In this document: positions 1 through 9,309 of the stretch, piece after piece
Position numbering within the stretch: the stretch's first letter is position 1
Layout: each line of letters opens with the position of its first letter
Made by a program: the position numbers and the translations under genes
Assembly (NCBI GenBank): GCA_964434705.1
Contig: CAYSVY010000012.1
Coordinates: forward strand, 13,252-77,251
Length of the DNA stretch: 64,000 bases
DNA from: an uncultured Flavobacteriaceae bacterium
Lineage (GTDB): Bacteria > Bacteroidota > Bacteroidia > Flavobacteriales > Flavobacteriaceae
Direction: 5' to 3'
The notes under the pieces: model-generated
Databases searched by the model: none
What the model was told of the DNA's origin: nothing
The model's input: only the letters and a program-made list of their open reading frames with translations

Positions 1-381
1 ATGGCGGCATCATCAAACTCAGGAATTAACGAACTTCGTTTTGGTGGTGCCAATTACGCTCCTACTGCAGACTTCGGTCTATTTAAAAAAGCTATTGCCA
101 TCGCAGATCAAAAAAACATTGACGTAAAAGCAGGCAACATTTTGTCTTCAGATCAATTTTATGAAGATGACATGGAATCGTACAAACTATGGTCTAAATT
201 TGGTGTGCTTTGTGTAGAAATGGAAACCTCAGGTTTATATACCGTAGCGGCAAAACATAATGCCAAAGCTTTGACGCTACTTACCATTTCGGACTCTTTG
301 GTAACAGGAGAAAGCACAACAAGTAAAGAACGTGAAAGAACTTTCAGTAATATGGTTGAAATTGCTTTAGAACTAGCTTAA
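1..381 (+). CDS. deoD: Purine-nucleoside phosphorylase DeoD-type (5'-truncated by window edge)
   Basis: Motifs SSDxFY, CVEMETSGLY, LTISDSLVTGE...ERERTF typical of DeoD. Confidence 0.92.
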   Translation: MAASSNSGINELRFGGANYAPTADFGLFKKAIAIADQKNIDVKAGNILSSDQFYEDDMESYKLWSKFGVLCVEMETSGLYTVAAKHNAKALTLLTISDSLVTGESTTSKERERTFSNMVEIALELA

Positions 382-403
382 CTACGACTAAATATATTTT
401 AAA

Positions 404-1294
404 ATGAAATTTATATTCAAACTAATTCTACTTCTATTCACCTTAACTGTATTTAGTCAAAAAGTTACAGATAAGACTCAAATTGAAACAACCTTAAATT
501 TATACATCGATGGTTTTTATGAAGGTGACACTACAAAACTAAAAGCCGCATTAAAACCCAGGTTATACAAATTTGGCTATTTAAAAGATAAAGAAACTGG
601 CAATTACAAGTATTATCAGCATTTACCGTATAATGACGCTTTATCTTTGGCGCAACGTATTAAAAATCAAGGCTTAACACGAACTGAAACTAAAATGCGT
701 AGTGTAAAAGTCTTAGAAATTGCAAACCATATTGCCACGGCTAGAGTTACTGGTGCTTGGGGTTTAGATTATGTGCTATTGTCTAAAGATGATGGTAAAT
801 GGATGATAGAACAAGTCATTTGGGAAGGACCATATCTATCAGAATATGCCACAGATAAATCTACAACCACCTATTACCTTATAAGACATGCCGAAAAAGA
901 CCAAAGCGACAAAACCAACAGAAATCCGCATTTAACCGAAAAAGGTTTAGAACGTGCAGAAAATTGGGCAAAAACTTTTCAGAATATCAAATTTGATGCA
1001 GTCTATTCCACAGATTATAACCGCACAAAAGAAACAGCCTTGCCCACAGCAAAAGCCAATGATTTAGAATTAAAATTGTACGACCCGAGACGCATTGATA
1101 TCTCAGAATTTTTAAAAGAAACCAACGGTAAAACTGTACTCATAGTTGGGCATAGTAATACAACGCCTGGTTTTGCCAACGGTCTTTTGGGTGAAAAAAA
1201 GTACGAAATGATTGAAGAAGATAATAACGCCAATCTTTACATAGTAACGATTGCAAAGGGCGAAAAAACGTCATCTTTGTTGCGGATTAATTAA
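404..1294 (+). CDS. Secreted fusion: NTF2-like (putative lumazine-binding) domain + histidine phosphatase (SixA/PGM-like) domain
   Basis: Signal peptide; N-half NTF2-like (YIDGFYEGD...AWGLDYVLLSK..GKWMIEQVIW); C-half RHAEK, YST..RT..TA, LIVGHSNT. Confidence 0.7.
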   Translation: MKFIFKLILLLFTLTVFSQKVTDKTQIETTLNLYIDGFYEGDTTKLKAALKPRLYKFGYLKDKETGNYKYYQHLPYNDALSLAQRIKNQGLTRTETKMRSVKVLEIANHIATARVTGAWGLDYVLLSKDDGKWMIEQVIWEGPYLSEYATDKSTTTYYLIRHAEKDQSDKTNRNPHLTEKGLERAENWAKTFQNIKFDAVYSTDYNRTKETALPTAKANDLELKLYDPRRIDISEFLKETNGKTVLIVGHSNTTPGFANGLLGEKKYEMIEEDNNANLYIVTIAKGEKTSSLLRIN

Positions 1295-2047
1295 AGTAAC
1301 CTCAATATTTTCCAAATCAATTTTTGAAAGCAATTGCAATTGGTTGTTCTCAAAAGCTTTTCCTAAATCGCGTAGTTTTGTAGAATTGTTTTCAGGTTTA
1401 AAGTTATTGTAATCCACAAAACGTAAGCCTTCAATGTAGCGTTCATTATAAGCTTCGCGAAAGCGCATACCTTTACCATCATCTTCATTATATAAATAGG
1501 CTAAATAATCTGGTTTAAAGCTTGTTTTGTTTATCCAATAAATGAACACATCTTCAAAATCTTCGCCACCACCAACTTCATCAAATGTTACTTCAATTTT
1601 GTAATAGGCTTCATTTTTTATCTGCTCCTCGCCTATCAGTTTTTTGTTTACTGCTTTATCATTTAAGCCATGTGGCAAAACTGAAAAATAATGAACGGAG
1701 TTTACGGAAGCCGAATATTTCACAACCATAGAATCAGGTACTTCAACAACTTTATTGTTTGTAATTCGCTCAAAACCATCATTAGAAAGTATATCAATTA
1801 TAGAATCTGTCTCGTTTTTAATCGATATTCTCAAAAGCGAAAATTCACCTTCATTATGCTTGGCTTCATAAAATTTATCTCTAAAATTGAAAGAAATTTT
1901 AGAACTTTCAAATTGTGAACCACCAGCAACTTCAATAGATTTATCAATAATTTCTTGAACTGTAAAAGACTTGATTTCTTGTGATTTAGTTTCAGTTTTA
2001 CAAGACAGCAGTAATAAACCAAAGGTTAAAACATATAAAAATTTCAT
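1271..2047 (-). CDS. DUF6503-like lipoprotein
   Basis: Lipobox LLLSC; conserved SVNSVHYFSVLP, GGGEDFEDVFIYWI, GMRFREAYN. Confidence 0.7.
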   Translation of the reverse strand: MKFLYVLTFGLLLLSCKTETKSQEIKSFTVQEIIDKSIEVAGGSQFESSKISFNFRDKFYEAKHNEGEFSLLRISIKNETDSIIDILSNDGFERITNNKVVEVPDSMVVKYSASVNSVHYFSVLPHGLNDKAVNKKLIGEEQIKNEAYYKIEVTFDEVGGGEDFEDVFIYWINKTSFKPDYLAYLYNEDDGKGMRFREAYNERYIEGLRFVDYNNFKPENNSTKLRDLGKAFENNQLQLLSKIDLENIEVTLINPQQR

Positions 2048-2070
2048 AGTTCAAAAATTAAATATTCAAA

Positions 2071-2096
2071 GTCGTTTACATTCAACTTTAATTACA
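2071..2096 (-). promoter_or_regulatory. Candidate ECF-sigma promoter TGTAAT-N16-CGAC for the DUF6503-like gene
   Basis: Minus-strand match 24 nt upstream of the start; same spacing as three other sites in window. Confidence 0.35.
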
Positions 2097-2142
2097 AAAA
2101 GAAACATTTTACAGGTAAAAAAATTAAAATACCATTAGCTAC

Positions 2143-2182
2143 ACTTCTTACTTCTCACTTGATACTTCTAACTTTAAAAACT
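2143..2182. repeat. Degenerate heptamer tandem array (ACTT core, 5 units)
   Basis: ACTT at 2143, 2150, 2157, 2164, 2171 (exact 7-bp period). Confidence 0.8.
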
Positions 2183-2189
2183 ATCTTTG
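2182..2189 (+). promoter_or_regulatory. Bacteroidota housekeeping -7 box (TATCTTTG) of smpB
   Basis: Matches TAnnTTTG consensus, 6 nt before ATG 2196. Confidence 0.7.
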
Positions 2190-2195
2190 CCCACC

Positions 2196-2654
2196 ATGCA
2201 AAAAACGGTTAACATACTCAATAAAAAGGCAAAATTCCAGTACGAGATATTGGATAAATACACGGCTGGAATTGTATTAACCGGTACGGAAATAAAATCC
2301 ATACGTATGGGTAAAGCTTCTATTGCCGAGAGTTTTTGCGAGTTTAATGACCGTGGCGAACTCTTCGTAATCAATATGACCGTTGAAGAATATGCTTTCG
2401 GTAACTATTATAACCACAAACCTAAAGCTGAACGTAAGTTATTACTTAATAAACGTGAACTTAAAAAGCTGGAAAAAGAAGTTAACGTTAAAGGAAATGC
2501 TATTATTCCACTTCGCTTATTCATTAACGATAAAGGCTTGGCAAAACTTGAAATTGCTTTGGGTAAAGGAAAAAAACTTTACGACAAACGCGAAACTATT
2601 AAAGATCGTGACAATAAGCGCAACTTGGACCGCATTAAGAAAAATTTCCGCTAA
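2196..2654 (+). CDS. smpB: SsrA-binding protein SmpB
   Basis: NKKAKFQYEI, AGIVLTGTEIKSIR, RKLLLNKREL, GKGKKLYDKRE; start moved to ATG 2196 because TTG 2187 lies within the -7 box. Confidence 0.97.
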   Translation: MQKTVNILNKKAKFQYEILDKYTAGIVLTGTEIKSIRMGKASIAESFCEFNDRGELFVINMTVEEYAFGNYYNHKPKAERKLLLNKRELKKLEKEVNVKGNAIIPLRLFINDKGLAKLEIALGKGKKLYDKRETIKDRDNKRNLDRIKKNFR

Positions 2655-2712
2655 GTTTTAAGACTTAAATAACATATTTGCTATAGAATTTGGGCTAAGT
2701 TTGTTTGTGTCA

Positions 2713-2738
2713 TGCAACAAAGCCTTTTTAAAGTCGTC
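2713..2738 (+). promoter_or_regulatory. Candidate ECF-sigma promoter TGCAAC-N16-CGTC
   Basis: 30 nt upstream of ATG 2769; same architecture as motif upstream of the ECF sigma gene. Confidence 0.5.
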
Positions 2739-2768
2739 TGACAAGAAAACCATCAAAACCAATTCTTC

Positions 2769-5222
2769 ATGCTTAAAAAATTAGTTGCCCTACAACTTTT
2801 TCTACTTCCACTTTTTACCATTGCTCAAATTACAGGTACGGTTACCGACGAAAAAAATAACCCTTTACCTTTTGTGAATGTGTTTATTGAAAACACAACA
2901 AAAGGCACAACCACCAATGATGCTGGTTATTATGAGCTCGATGTTTCCGAAACAAAAACTTACAATTTGGTATTTCAGTATTTGGGCTATAAAACGATAA
3001 AAAAAGAAATTACCGTTAACAAGTTTCCTTTCACCTCAAATATTATTTTGAAAGAAGAACAGCTTTCTTTAGAACAAGTGGTTATAAACGCCAACGAAAA
3101 TCCAGCTAATGCCATCATAAGAAAAGCCATAGATAAGCGAAAGGAAAATCTTGAGAAAATAAACGGTTACAAAGCCGATTTTTACTCACGTGGCTTGATA
3201 AAAATTAAAGATGCACCAGAAAAGTTTTTTGGCGAAGAAGTAGAAATTGATGGTTTGGACTCTACACGCAGTGGTATTTTGTATTTATCAGAAACCATCT
3301 CGAAAATTGAATACCTTCGTCCAAACAAACTAAAGGAACGCATCACGGCATCCAAAGTAAGTGGTGACAATACAGGTTTTAGCTTCAATAATGCTATTGA
3401 TGTTGACTATAATTTTTACAACAATACCATTGAATTTGGAAACGAAATTATTTCGCCAATAGCAAATAATGCCTTTGGGTACTACCGCTATAAGCTTGAT
3501 GGTGTTTTTTATGATGACCGTGGCAATCTTATCAATAAAATTAAAGTGACGCCTAAGCGCGAAAATGATCCCGTATTTTCAGGTTATGTCTACATTGTTG
3601 AAGACCAATGGACGTTTTATGCTATTGAGCTTGATATCACTGGTGTTCAAGCTAGAATTCCACCGGTAGAGATTATTACCTTAAAACAAACCTTTTCATA
3701 TTCTGACACAGACAAAATCTGGGCGTTAATATCGCAAAGTCTAGATTTTGAGTACAAAATTTTCGGATTTAAAGGTGACGGACGTTTTACGGCTGTTTAC
3801 AGCAACTACGAATTTAATCCACCTTTGACCAAAAAAGACTTTGGCCCAGAATTGGTGTCGTTTGAAGACAAAGCCAACAAAAAGGATTCTTTATTGAACA
3901 AGTTGCGCCCAGTACCATTGACCAGCGAAGAACTTACGGATTATATTAAAAAGGATAGTATTAGGCTCGTTAAGGAATCAAAACTATATATGGATTCTGT
4001 TGATCGAGTGAAAAATATATTTAAGCTAAGTAATATTTTTAGCTACACGTATCAAAATTCACACAAAGATATTAGCGTTGGTTACTCATTGGCAGATAAA
4101 TTTAGTTTTAATACTGTACAGGGTAATGTTATAGGTGGCAGTATATTTTTCAGAAAAAACTATGACGATTTTAAACGCTACCTTGATGCAAACGTTGATT
4201 TCAATTACGGGTTTTCGGATGAGCGCTTTAGAGCAACAGGTGCGCTCACTTATAAGTTTAATAATACAAGTAGGGCGTTTTTAACCTTATCAGGCGGAGT
4301 GGAAACTGCACAGTTTAACCCAAGCAACCCAATAACAAATATTGGAAACACCGTAGCGTCATTGTTTTTTATTGAAAACTACATGAAACTTTATGAACGT
4401 CAGTTTGCTGAACTCAGGTATTCTGAAGAATGGTTTAACGGCTTTCGGTTTTTCTCCGGTTTAAGTTATGAGCGCAGAAATGCTTTGTTTAATACTACAG
4501 ATCAGACGTTTTTCCCAGAAGATGATAAAAACTACACCAGTAATAATCCATTAGACGAAACCGCTTTTGGCGTTGCACCTTTTGAAAATCATAACATTGT
4601 AAAACTAAATGTAGGTGCTAGGATTAATTTTGGTCAACAGTACCTAAGCTATCCCGATAGCAAGTTTAACATCAATAGCGACAAGTACCCAACTTTGGTA
4701 CTTAGCTACGAAAAAGGGATGGGCGCCACAAATTCGGACTATAACTTTGATCAGGTCAAAGCACGATTGTACCAATCTTTTGATGTAGCTAATAAAGGCC
4801 GATTTTCATATAACATCAGAACAGGGAAATTCTTCAATGCAGATGATATTGCCTTTATGGATTTTCAGCACTTTAACGGCAATCAGATCAATGTGAGCCG
4901 TCGTGGCAACTACACGGATGTGTTTAACAATTTGCCCTATTACGCATTAAGTACAAATGACAGCTATTTGGAAATGCATGCCGAACATGATTTTAATGGT
5001 TTTATACTTGGCAGGATTCCATTAATAAATAAATTAAATTTCAATCTCGTTGTTGGTGCGCATAATTTGGCTACGCCAGATAATAAACCTTATCAGGAAT
5101 ATACCATTGGCTTGGACAATATTGGTTGGGGCAAGTTTAGGTTTTTACGGGTAGATTACGTGCGCTCTTATCAAAGCGGTTACCAAGGTGATGCTATTGT
5201 TTTTGGGTTGAAATTCTTTTAG
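2769..5222 (+). CDS. DUF5686 + carboxypeptidase regulatory-like domain outer-membrane protein
   Basis: Signal peptide, N-terminal CarbopepD_reg-like (ITGTVTD...LPFVNV...GTTTNDAGYY), C-terminal aromatic barrel ending LKFF. Confidence 0.8.
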   Translation: MLKKLVALQLFLLPLFTIAQITGTVTDEKNNPLPFVNVFIENTTKGTTTNDAGYYELDVSETKTYNLVFQYLGYKTIKKEITVNKFPFTSNIILKEEQLSLEQVVINANENPANAIIRKAIDKRKENLEKINGYKADFYSRGLIKIKDAPEKFFGEEVEIDGLDSTRSGILYLSETISKIEYLRPNKLKERITASKVSGDNTGFSFNNAIDVDYNFYNNTIEFGNEIISPIANNAFGYYRYKLDGVFYDDRGNLINKIKVTPKRENDPVFSGYVYIVEDQWTFYAIELDITGVQARIPPVEIITLKQTFSYSDTDKIWALISQSLDFEYKIFGFKGDGRFTAVYSNYEFNPPLTKKDFGPELVSFEDKANKKDSLLNKLRPVPLTSEELTDYIKKDSIRLVKESKLYMDSVDRVKNIFKLSNIFSYTYQNSHKDISVGYSLADKFSFNTVQGNVIGGSIFFRKNYDDFKRYLDANVDFNYGFSDERFRATGALTYKFNNTSRAFLTLSGGVETAQFNPSNPITNIGNTVASLFFIENYMKLYERQFAELRYSEEWFNGFRFFSGLSYERRNALFNTTDQTFFPEDDKNYTSNNPLDETAFGVAPFENHNIVKLNVGARINFGQQYLSYPDSKFNINSDKYPTLVLSYEKGMGATNSDYNFDQVKARLYQSFDVANKGRFSYNIRTGKFFNADDIAFMDFQHFNGNQINVSRRGNYTDVFNNLPYYALSTNDSYLEMHAEHDFNGFILGRIPLINKLNFNLVVGAHNLATPDNKPYQEYTIGLDNIGWGKFRFLRVDYVRSYQSGYQGDAIVFGLKFF

Positions 5223-5250
5223 AGATCAGATGATTTTTTAATTTTATAGA

Positions 5251-5827
5251 ATGCGAATTAAAAGACTGTATATCATTTTATTTTTTTTAGCAATAAACTT
5301 AATGTCTTGTAATTACATAGCCGGAAAATCAGATGTTGAATTATATACAGAAAAATCGAATGAATTAATTATTCAAATAATCGAGCATAGGTTTAGTGAT
5401 AAGACTTGTTTTGTAGAACCCTATGATCTGAATCTAATTGAAGAGAAAAAATCATCAATTCCTGACTTTTTTTCTACTAGATTAAAAAGTGATATCCTAA
5501 ATACTCTTAATTATGAAAACGATTCGATATTTGAAATAGCCTTTAACCTTTCAAATTCATTTACATTTGACTTCTCATCATTATCTGACAGAGAAATAAA
5601 TTCTATTAAACGAAAAGAATACGAAGAAATTATTAATCAAAAAGGTTACGGAGATGCTCTAATCTATTTTTCTAACGACAAATGTAGCAAAGGAGTTATT
5701 ACTTTTTCAAAACCAATTTTCAACAGCAATTATTCAATTTGGTGATATTATGAGTAGTTCTATTATGGTATATAAAAAAGTTGATAATAAATGGGTGAAG
5801 CATAAAAAAATATGGTCATGGATTTAA
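5251..5827 (+). pseudogene. Hypothetical lipoprotein, probably frameshifted near 5720-5745 (ORF 5251-5745 continues in +1 frame to 5827)
   Basis: Lipobox NLMSC; +1 frame reads TAIIQFGDIMSSSIMVYKKVDNKWVKHKKIWSWI*, a plausible C-terminus. Confidence 0.5.
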
Positions 5828-5842
5828 TAAATCACAAAGCAT

Positions 5843-6379
5843 ATGAAAAAAATATTCTTCTTTTTCTGCACATTTTTTACAATTAACCTAATTGCACAAA
5901 CCAACACACAACCTAATTATGACAAATATGTATCATCGCTAGACAGTACGATCAAAACACTCTATGATGTCATTTCTGGCGATGCCGGCGAAAATCGTAA
6001 TTGGGAATTATTCAAATTTTTATTCAAACCAGAATCCAAATTAATCCCAACAGGGAAAGACAAGAATGGAAACACTGTATCTAAGTTTATGTCACCTGAA
6101 GACTACATCAAATCCTCAGGAAAATGGCTTGAAGAAAATGGCTTTCATGAGGTCGAACTCTCGCGGAAAACAGATACTTTTGGGCATATTACCCAAGTAT
6201 TCAGCACATATGAATCTTATCGCTCTAAAGAAGCCCAAAACAACAAACAACCCTTTATGCGCGGTATAAACAGCATTCAATTATTTAATGATGGTAAGCG
6301 TTGGTGGATACTAAATGTATATTGGATGCAGGAAACTGAATACTTCCCTATTCCTAAAAAGTACCTTCAAGGAACTTAA
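5843..6379 (+). CDS. Secreted conserved hypothetical protein (NTF2-like)
   Basis: Signal peptide; LYDVISG, FGHITQVFSTYE, RGINSIQLFNDGKRWWI. Confidence 0.7.
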   Translation: MKKIFFFFCTFFTINLIAQTNTQPNYDKYVSSLDSTIKTLYDVISGDAGENRNWELFKFLFKPESKLIPTGKDKNGNTVSKFMSPEDYIKSSGKWLEENGFHEVELSRKTDTFGHITQVFSTYESYRSKEAQNNKQPFMRGINSIQLFNDGKRWWILNVYWMQETEYFPIPKKYLQGT

Positions 6380-6390
6380 ACTATTCTAAA

Positions 6391-6530
6391 CCCCTTTGAA
6401 TTCGGACAAAGTCGGAAGCAACGATTTGCAGAAATAATGAATGAAGAAGCGGAAGTGCTAAGCGGAGCTTTAAGCATGCAGCTTTGAGAATGAATGTTGC
6501 TTTAGCAATTTCCTCAAATCGTTTTGAATT
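6391..6530. repeat. GC-richer structured intergenic element (nested inverted repeats; MITE/REP-like or ncRNA)
   Basis: 14/16 IR 6420-6435 vs 6508-6523 plus internal hairpins. Confidence 0.5.
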
Positions 6531-6554
6531 TTTGATTTTTATATTTAAAAGATC

Positions 6555-6577
6555 ATGTCTACTAGACATCTTTTTTT
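6555..6577 (+). terminator. Probable intrinsic terminator
   Basis: ATGTCT-ACT-AGACAT hairpin followed by T7 run. Confidence 0.5.
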
Positions 6578-6680
6578 AAATAGTGTTTCAAGACAAAATG
6601 AATATAAAGATATCTTAAACGCATTTGAAATCTTAAATCTTCGTCTTACATTTAGCACTAACTAAGATAAATTCATATTC

Positions 6681-8507
6681 ATGTACTATTCATTTTTAGC
6701 AAAAATAGTATTGCTATTCATCACTTCAACTTCATTATTATTTTCACAAGAAAAAGCAGTTCCAGTTTTCGAAAACGGCGAAGCACAAATAGTTGAAGCA
6801 TTTTCAAATCCTTCAGACTGGATTCGTCACGATTTATGGGTAGAAACTGAATTCGATACTGATGGCGATGGTAATTTAGACAGAATGCATGTCGCTGTAA
6901 CGCGTCCCAAACAAACAGATACCGAAGACCTAAAACTTCCGATTATTTATATAACTAGTCCTTATTTTGCAGGTGTTGCCAGTAATATTGATGGTATCAT
7001 GTGGAACGTAGAACACGAGCTTGGAGATATTGGTCCAGAGCGTGTACATCCTGAAGTTAAACGTCGGGGAAAACGACCAATTATTTCAAATTCGCATATC
7101 AAAAAATGGGTGCCAAGAGGTTATATTGTTGTGCATTCATCCTCACCAGGAACTGGATTATCTGATGGTGCGCCAACTGTTGGCGGACAAAATGAATCTT
7201 TAGCACCAAAAACGGTTATTGATTGGTTGTGCGGACGTGCAAAAGGCTATACGGAACGAGACGGAAACGAAGAAATAAAAGCCTATTGGTCAACAGGAAA
7301 AGTTGGTATGACCGGAACCTCGTATAACGGAACATTGCCTTTAGCGACCGCAACCACTGGTGTTGACGGTTTGGAAGTCATCATTCCTATTGCACCAAAT
7401 ACCAGTTATTACCATTATTATAGGTCTAATGGTTTGGTATGTTCACCAGGTGGATATTTAGGTGAAGATATTGATGTACTTTATGATTTTATACATAGTG
7501 GCAACGAAGCCAACAGACCATACAATAATAAATTTGTACGTGATACCGAACTGAAAAACGGAATGGACAGGCAAACTGGAGATTATAATGATTTTTGGGC
7601 TAGTAGGGATTATCTAAACCAAATGGATAATATCAAATCAGCTTTGCTTATGGCACATGGGTTCAACGACTGGAACGTTATGCCTGAGCACAGCTATCGT
7701 ATTTATAAAAAAGCCAAAGAAATGGGCTTGCCTGCACATATTTATTATCACCAAAATGGGCATGGCGGTTCACCACCACTAGGTATGATGAACAAGTGGT
7801 TTACGAAATATCTACATGGTATTGATAATGGTGTAGACAAGGAAGAATACAAGGCTTACATTGTTAGGGAAAATGATAAAAAAGATGAACCCACAGCTTA
7901 TAAAGACTATCCAAATCCTGAGGCGAAAGATGTAAAACTGAACCTCGTACCTAGCGGAAATACAATTGGAAGTCTTGGATTTAATAAAGTTGCTAACATA
8001 ACGGAAACATTAATAGACGACGTCAACTTTTTCGGCAAGGATTTAGCCAAGGCCAAAACATCTAAAAACAGATTGCTTTATGTCACAAATCCTTTAAAGG
8101 AAGATATCCATATTTCTGGAGTGCCAAGAATTTCAATAAGTGTTAGTGCCGATAAGCCATCAGCAAATCTTTCGGTTTGGTTGGTTTCATTACCATGGAA
8201 AGGTTTAGGTGCAAAAATTACGGACAATATCATCACTCGTGGTTGGGCAGATCCAAAAAACCATAGTTCCATAACCAATGAAGAACCTTTGAAACCTGGT
8301 GAGTTTTACACTGTAAATTTTGATTTACAACCAGATGATCAGATCATAAAAGCTGGGCAACAGATAGGTTTAATGATATTTTCAAGTGACAAACAATTTA
8401 CACTTCATCCAAAACCCGGTACAAAATTATCTATTGAACTTGATAAAACTACATTAACTTTACCTATTGTTGGAGGTGAAGAGAAATTGAAAAAAGCTAT
8501 CGATTAG
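6681..8507 (+). CDS. Xaa-Pro dipeptidyl-peptidase (peptidase S15/CocE-NonD)
   Basis: Nucleophile GTSYNG, DTDGDG..DRMHV, HGFNDWNV, C-terminal PepX-like domain; signal peptide. Confidence 0.88.
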   Translation: MYYSFLAKIVLLFITSTSLLFSQEKAVPVFENGEAQIVEAFSNPSDWIRHDLWVETEFDTDGDGNLDRMHVAVTRPKQTDTEDLKLPIIYITSPYFAGVASNIDGIMWNVEHELGDIGPERVHPEVKRRGKRPIISNSHIKKWVPRGYIVVHSSSPGTGLSDGAPTVGGQNESLAPKTVIDWLCGRAKGYTERDGNEEIKAYWSTGKVGMTGTSYNGTLPLATATTGVDGLEVIIPIAPNTSYYHYYRSNGLVCSPGGYLGEDIDVLYDFIHSGNEANRPYNNKFVRDTELKNGMDRQTGDYNDFWASRDYLNQMDNIKSALLMAHGFNDWNVMPEHSYRIYKKAKEMGLPAHIYYHQNGHGGSPPLGMMNKWFTKYLHGIDNGVDKEEYKAYIVRENDKKDEPTAYKDYPNPEAKDVKLNLVPSGNTIGSLGFNKVANITETLIDDVNFFGKDLAKAKTSKNRLLYVTNPLKEDIHISGVPRISISVSADKPSANLSVWLVSLPWKGLGAKITDNIITRGWADPKNHSSITNEEPLKPGEFYTVNFDLQPDDQIIKAGQQIGLMIFSSDKQFTLHPKPGTKLSIELDKTTLTLPIVGGEEKLKKAID

Positions 8508-9145
8508 TTCTTATCTTCCAATAAAGGTACAAACCGAAACTCACCAAACTCGTGTTGTTCAAACTCCTTTTCATCTTTTCGAATGAATAAAGTCATGATT
8601 TGAGAATCCTCACCAACAGGAATCACCAACCTGCCATCAATGGCCAATTGGCTCAATAAAGGTTTGGGTACAAATGGCGCACCGGCAGTAACAATAATAC
8701 TATCAAAAGGTGCTTCCTCAATTAAGCCTTTATAACCATCGCCAAAAATGAGTTTTTTAGCACGGTAACCTATTTTGGGTAAAAACTTAGTCGTTTTTTT
8801 AAACAGTTCTTTTTGCCGTTCAATGCTGTAAACTTTGGCGCCAAGCTCTATCAACACCGCAGTTTGGTAACCACTTCCAGTACCAATTTCTAAGATTTTG
8901 TCGTTGGGCTGTATTTGTAACAATTCAGTTTGGAAAGCTACCGTGTAAGGTTGCGAAATAGTTTGATCTGCACCAATAGGAAACGCTTTATCTTGATACG
9001 CATGGTCAATAAAACCCGAATCCATAAATAAATGGCGTGGTATTTTACCAATGGCTTTTAACACCAATTCATCAGTAATTCCTTTATTTTCAAGCGTCTT
9101 AACCAATTGTTGACGCATGCCTTTATGCTTAAACGTATCTTTCAA
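8504..9145 (-). CDS. pcm: Protein-L-isoaspartate(D-aspartate) O-methyltransferase
   Basis: QTISQPYTVA, LEIGTGSGYQTA, APFDSIIVTAGA, FRFVPL; TTG start. Confidence 0.95.
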   Translation of the reverse strand: MKDTFKHKGMRQQLVKTLENKGITDELVLKAIGKIPRHLFMDSGFIDHAYQDKAFPIGADQTISQPYTVAFQTELLQIQPNDKILEIGTGSGYQTAVLIELGAKVYSIERQKELFKKTTKFLPKIGYRAKKLIFGDGYKGLIEEAPFDSIIVTAGAPFVPKPLLSQLAIDGRLVIPVGEDSQIMTLFIRKDEKEFEQHEFGEFRFVPLLEDKN

Positions 9146-9285
9146 AAAAGCGCTTTTAGTTGCGCTAATTTAGAGTAAACAATTTCAAATTGCAATCCTA
9201 AATTGGGTATAATTTACGTAGCATTTCTATTAAAGAATTCTTAGTATTTTATAGTTTCATTTTATAATTTCTGAAGCAAAACAAT

Positions 9286-9293
9286 TATTTTTG
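9286..9293 (+). promoter_or_regulatory. -7 box (TATTTTTG) of the Gfo/Idh/MocA-hbd operon
   Basis: TAnnTTTG consensus 16 nt before ATG 9310. Confidence 0.55.
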
Positions 9294-9309
9294 TTAAAAA
9301 CGAAATAAC

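Noticed and set aside
6381-6569. 62-aa minus-strand ORF (MSSRHDLL...)
   Set aside because: Coincides with the structured repeat element and has no recognisable motifs; probably a chance open frame.
9181-9215. AAT-core quasi-periodicity in the pcm / oxidoreductase spacer
   Set aside because: Spacing 7, 6, 7, 10 in very AT-rich DNA; not distinguishable from background.
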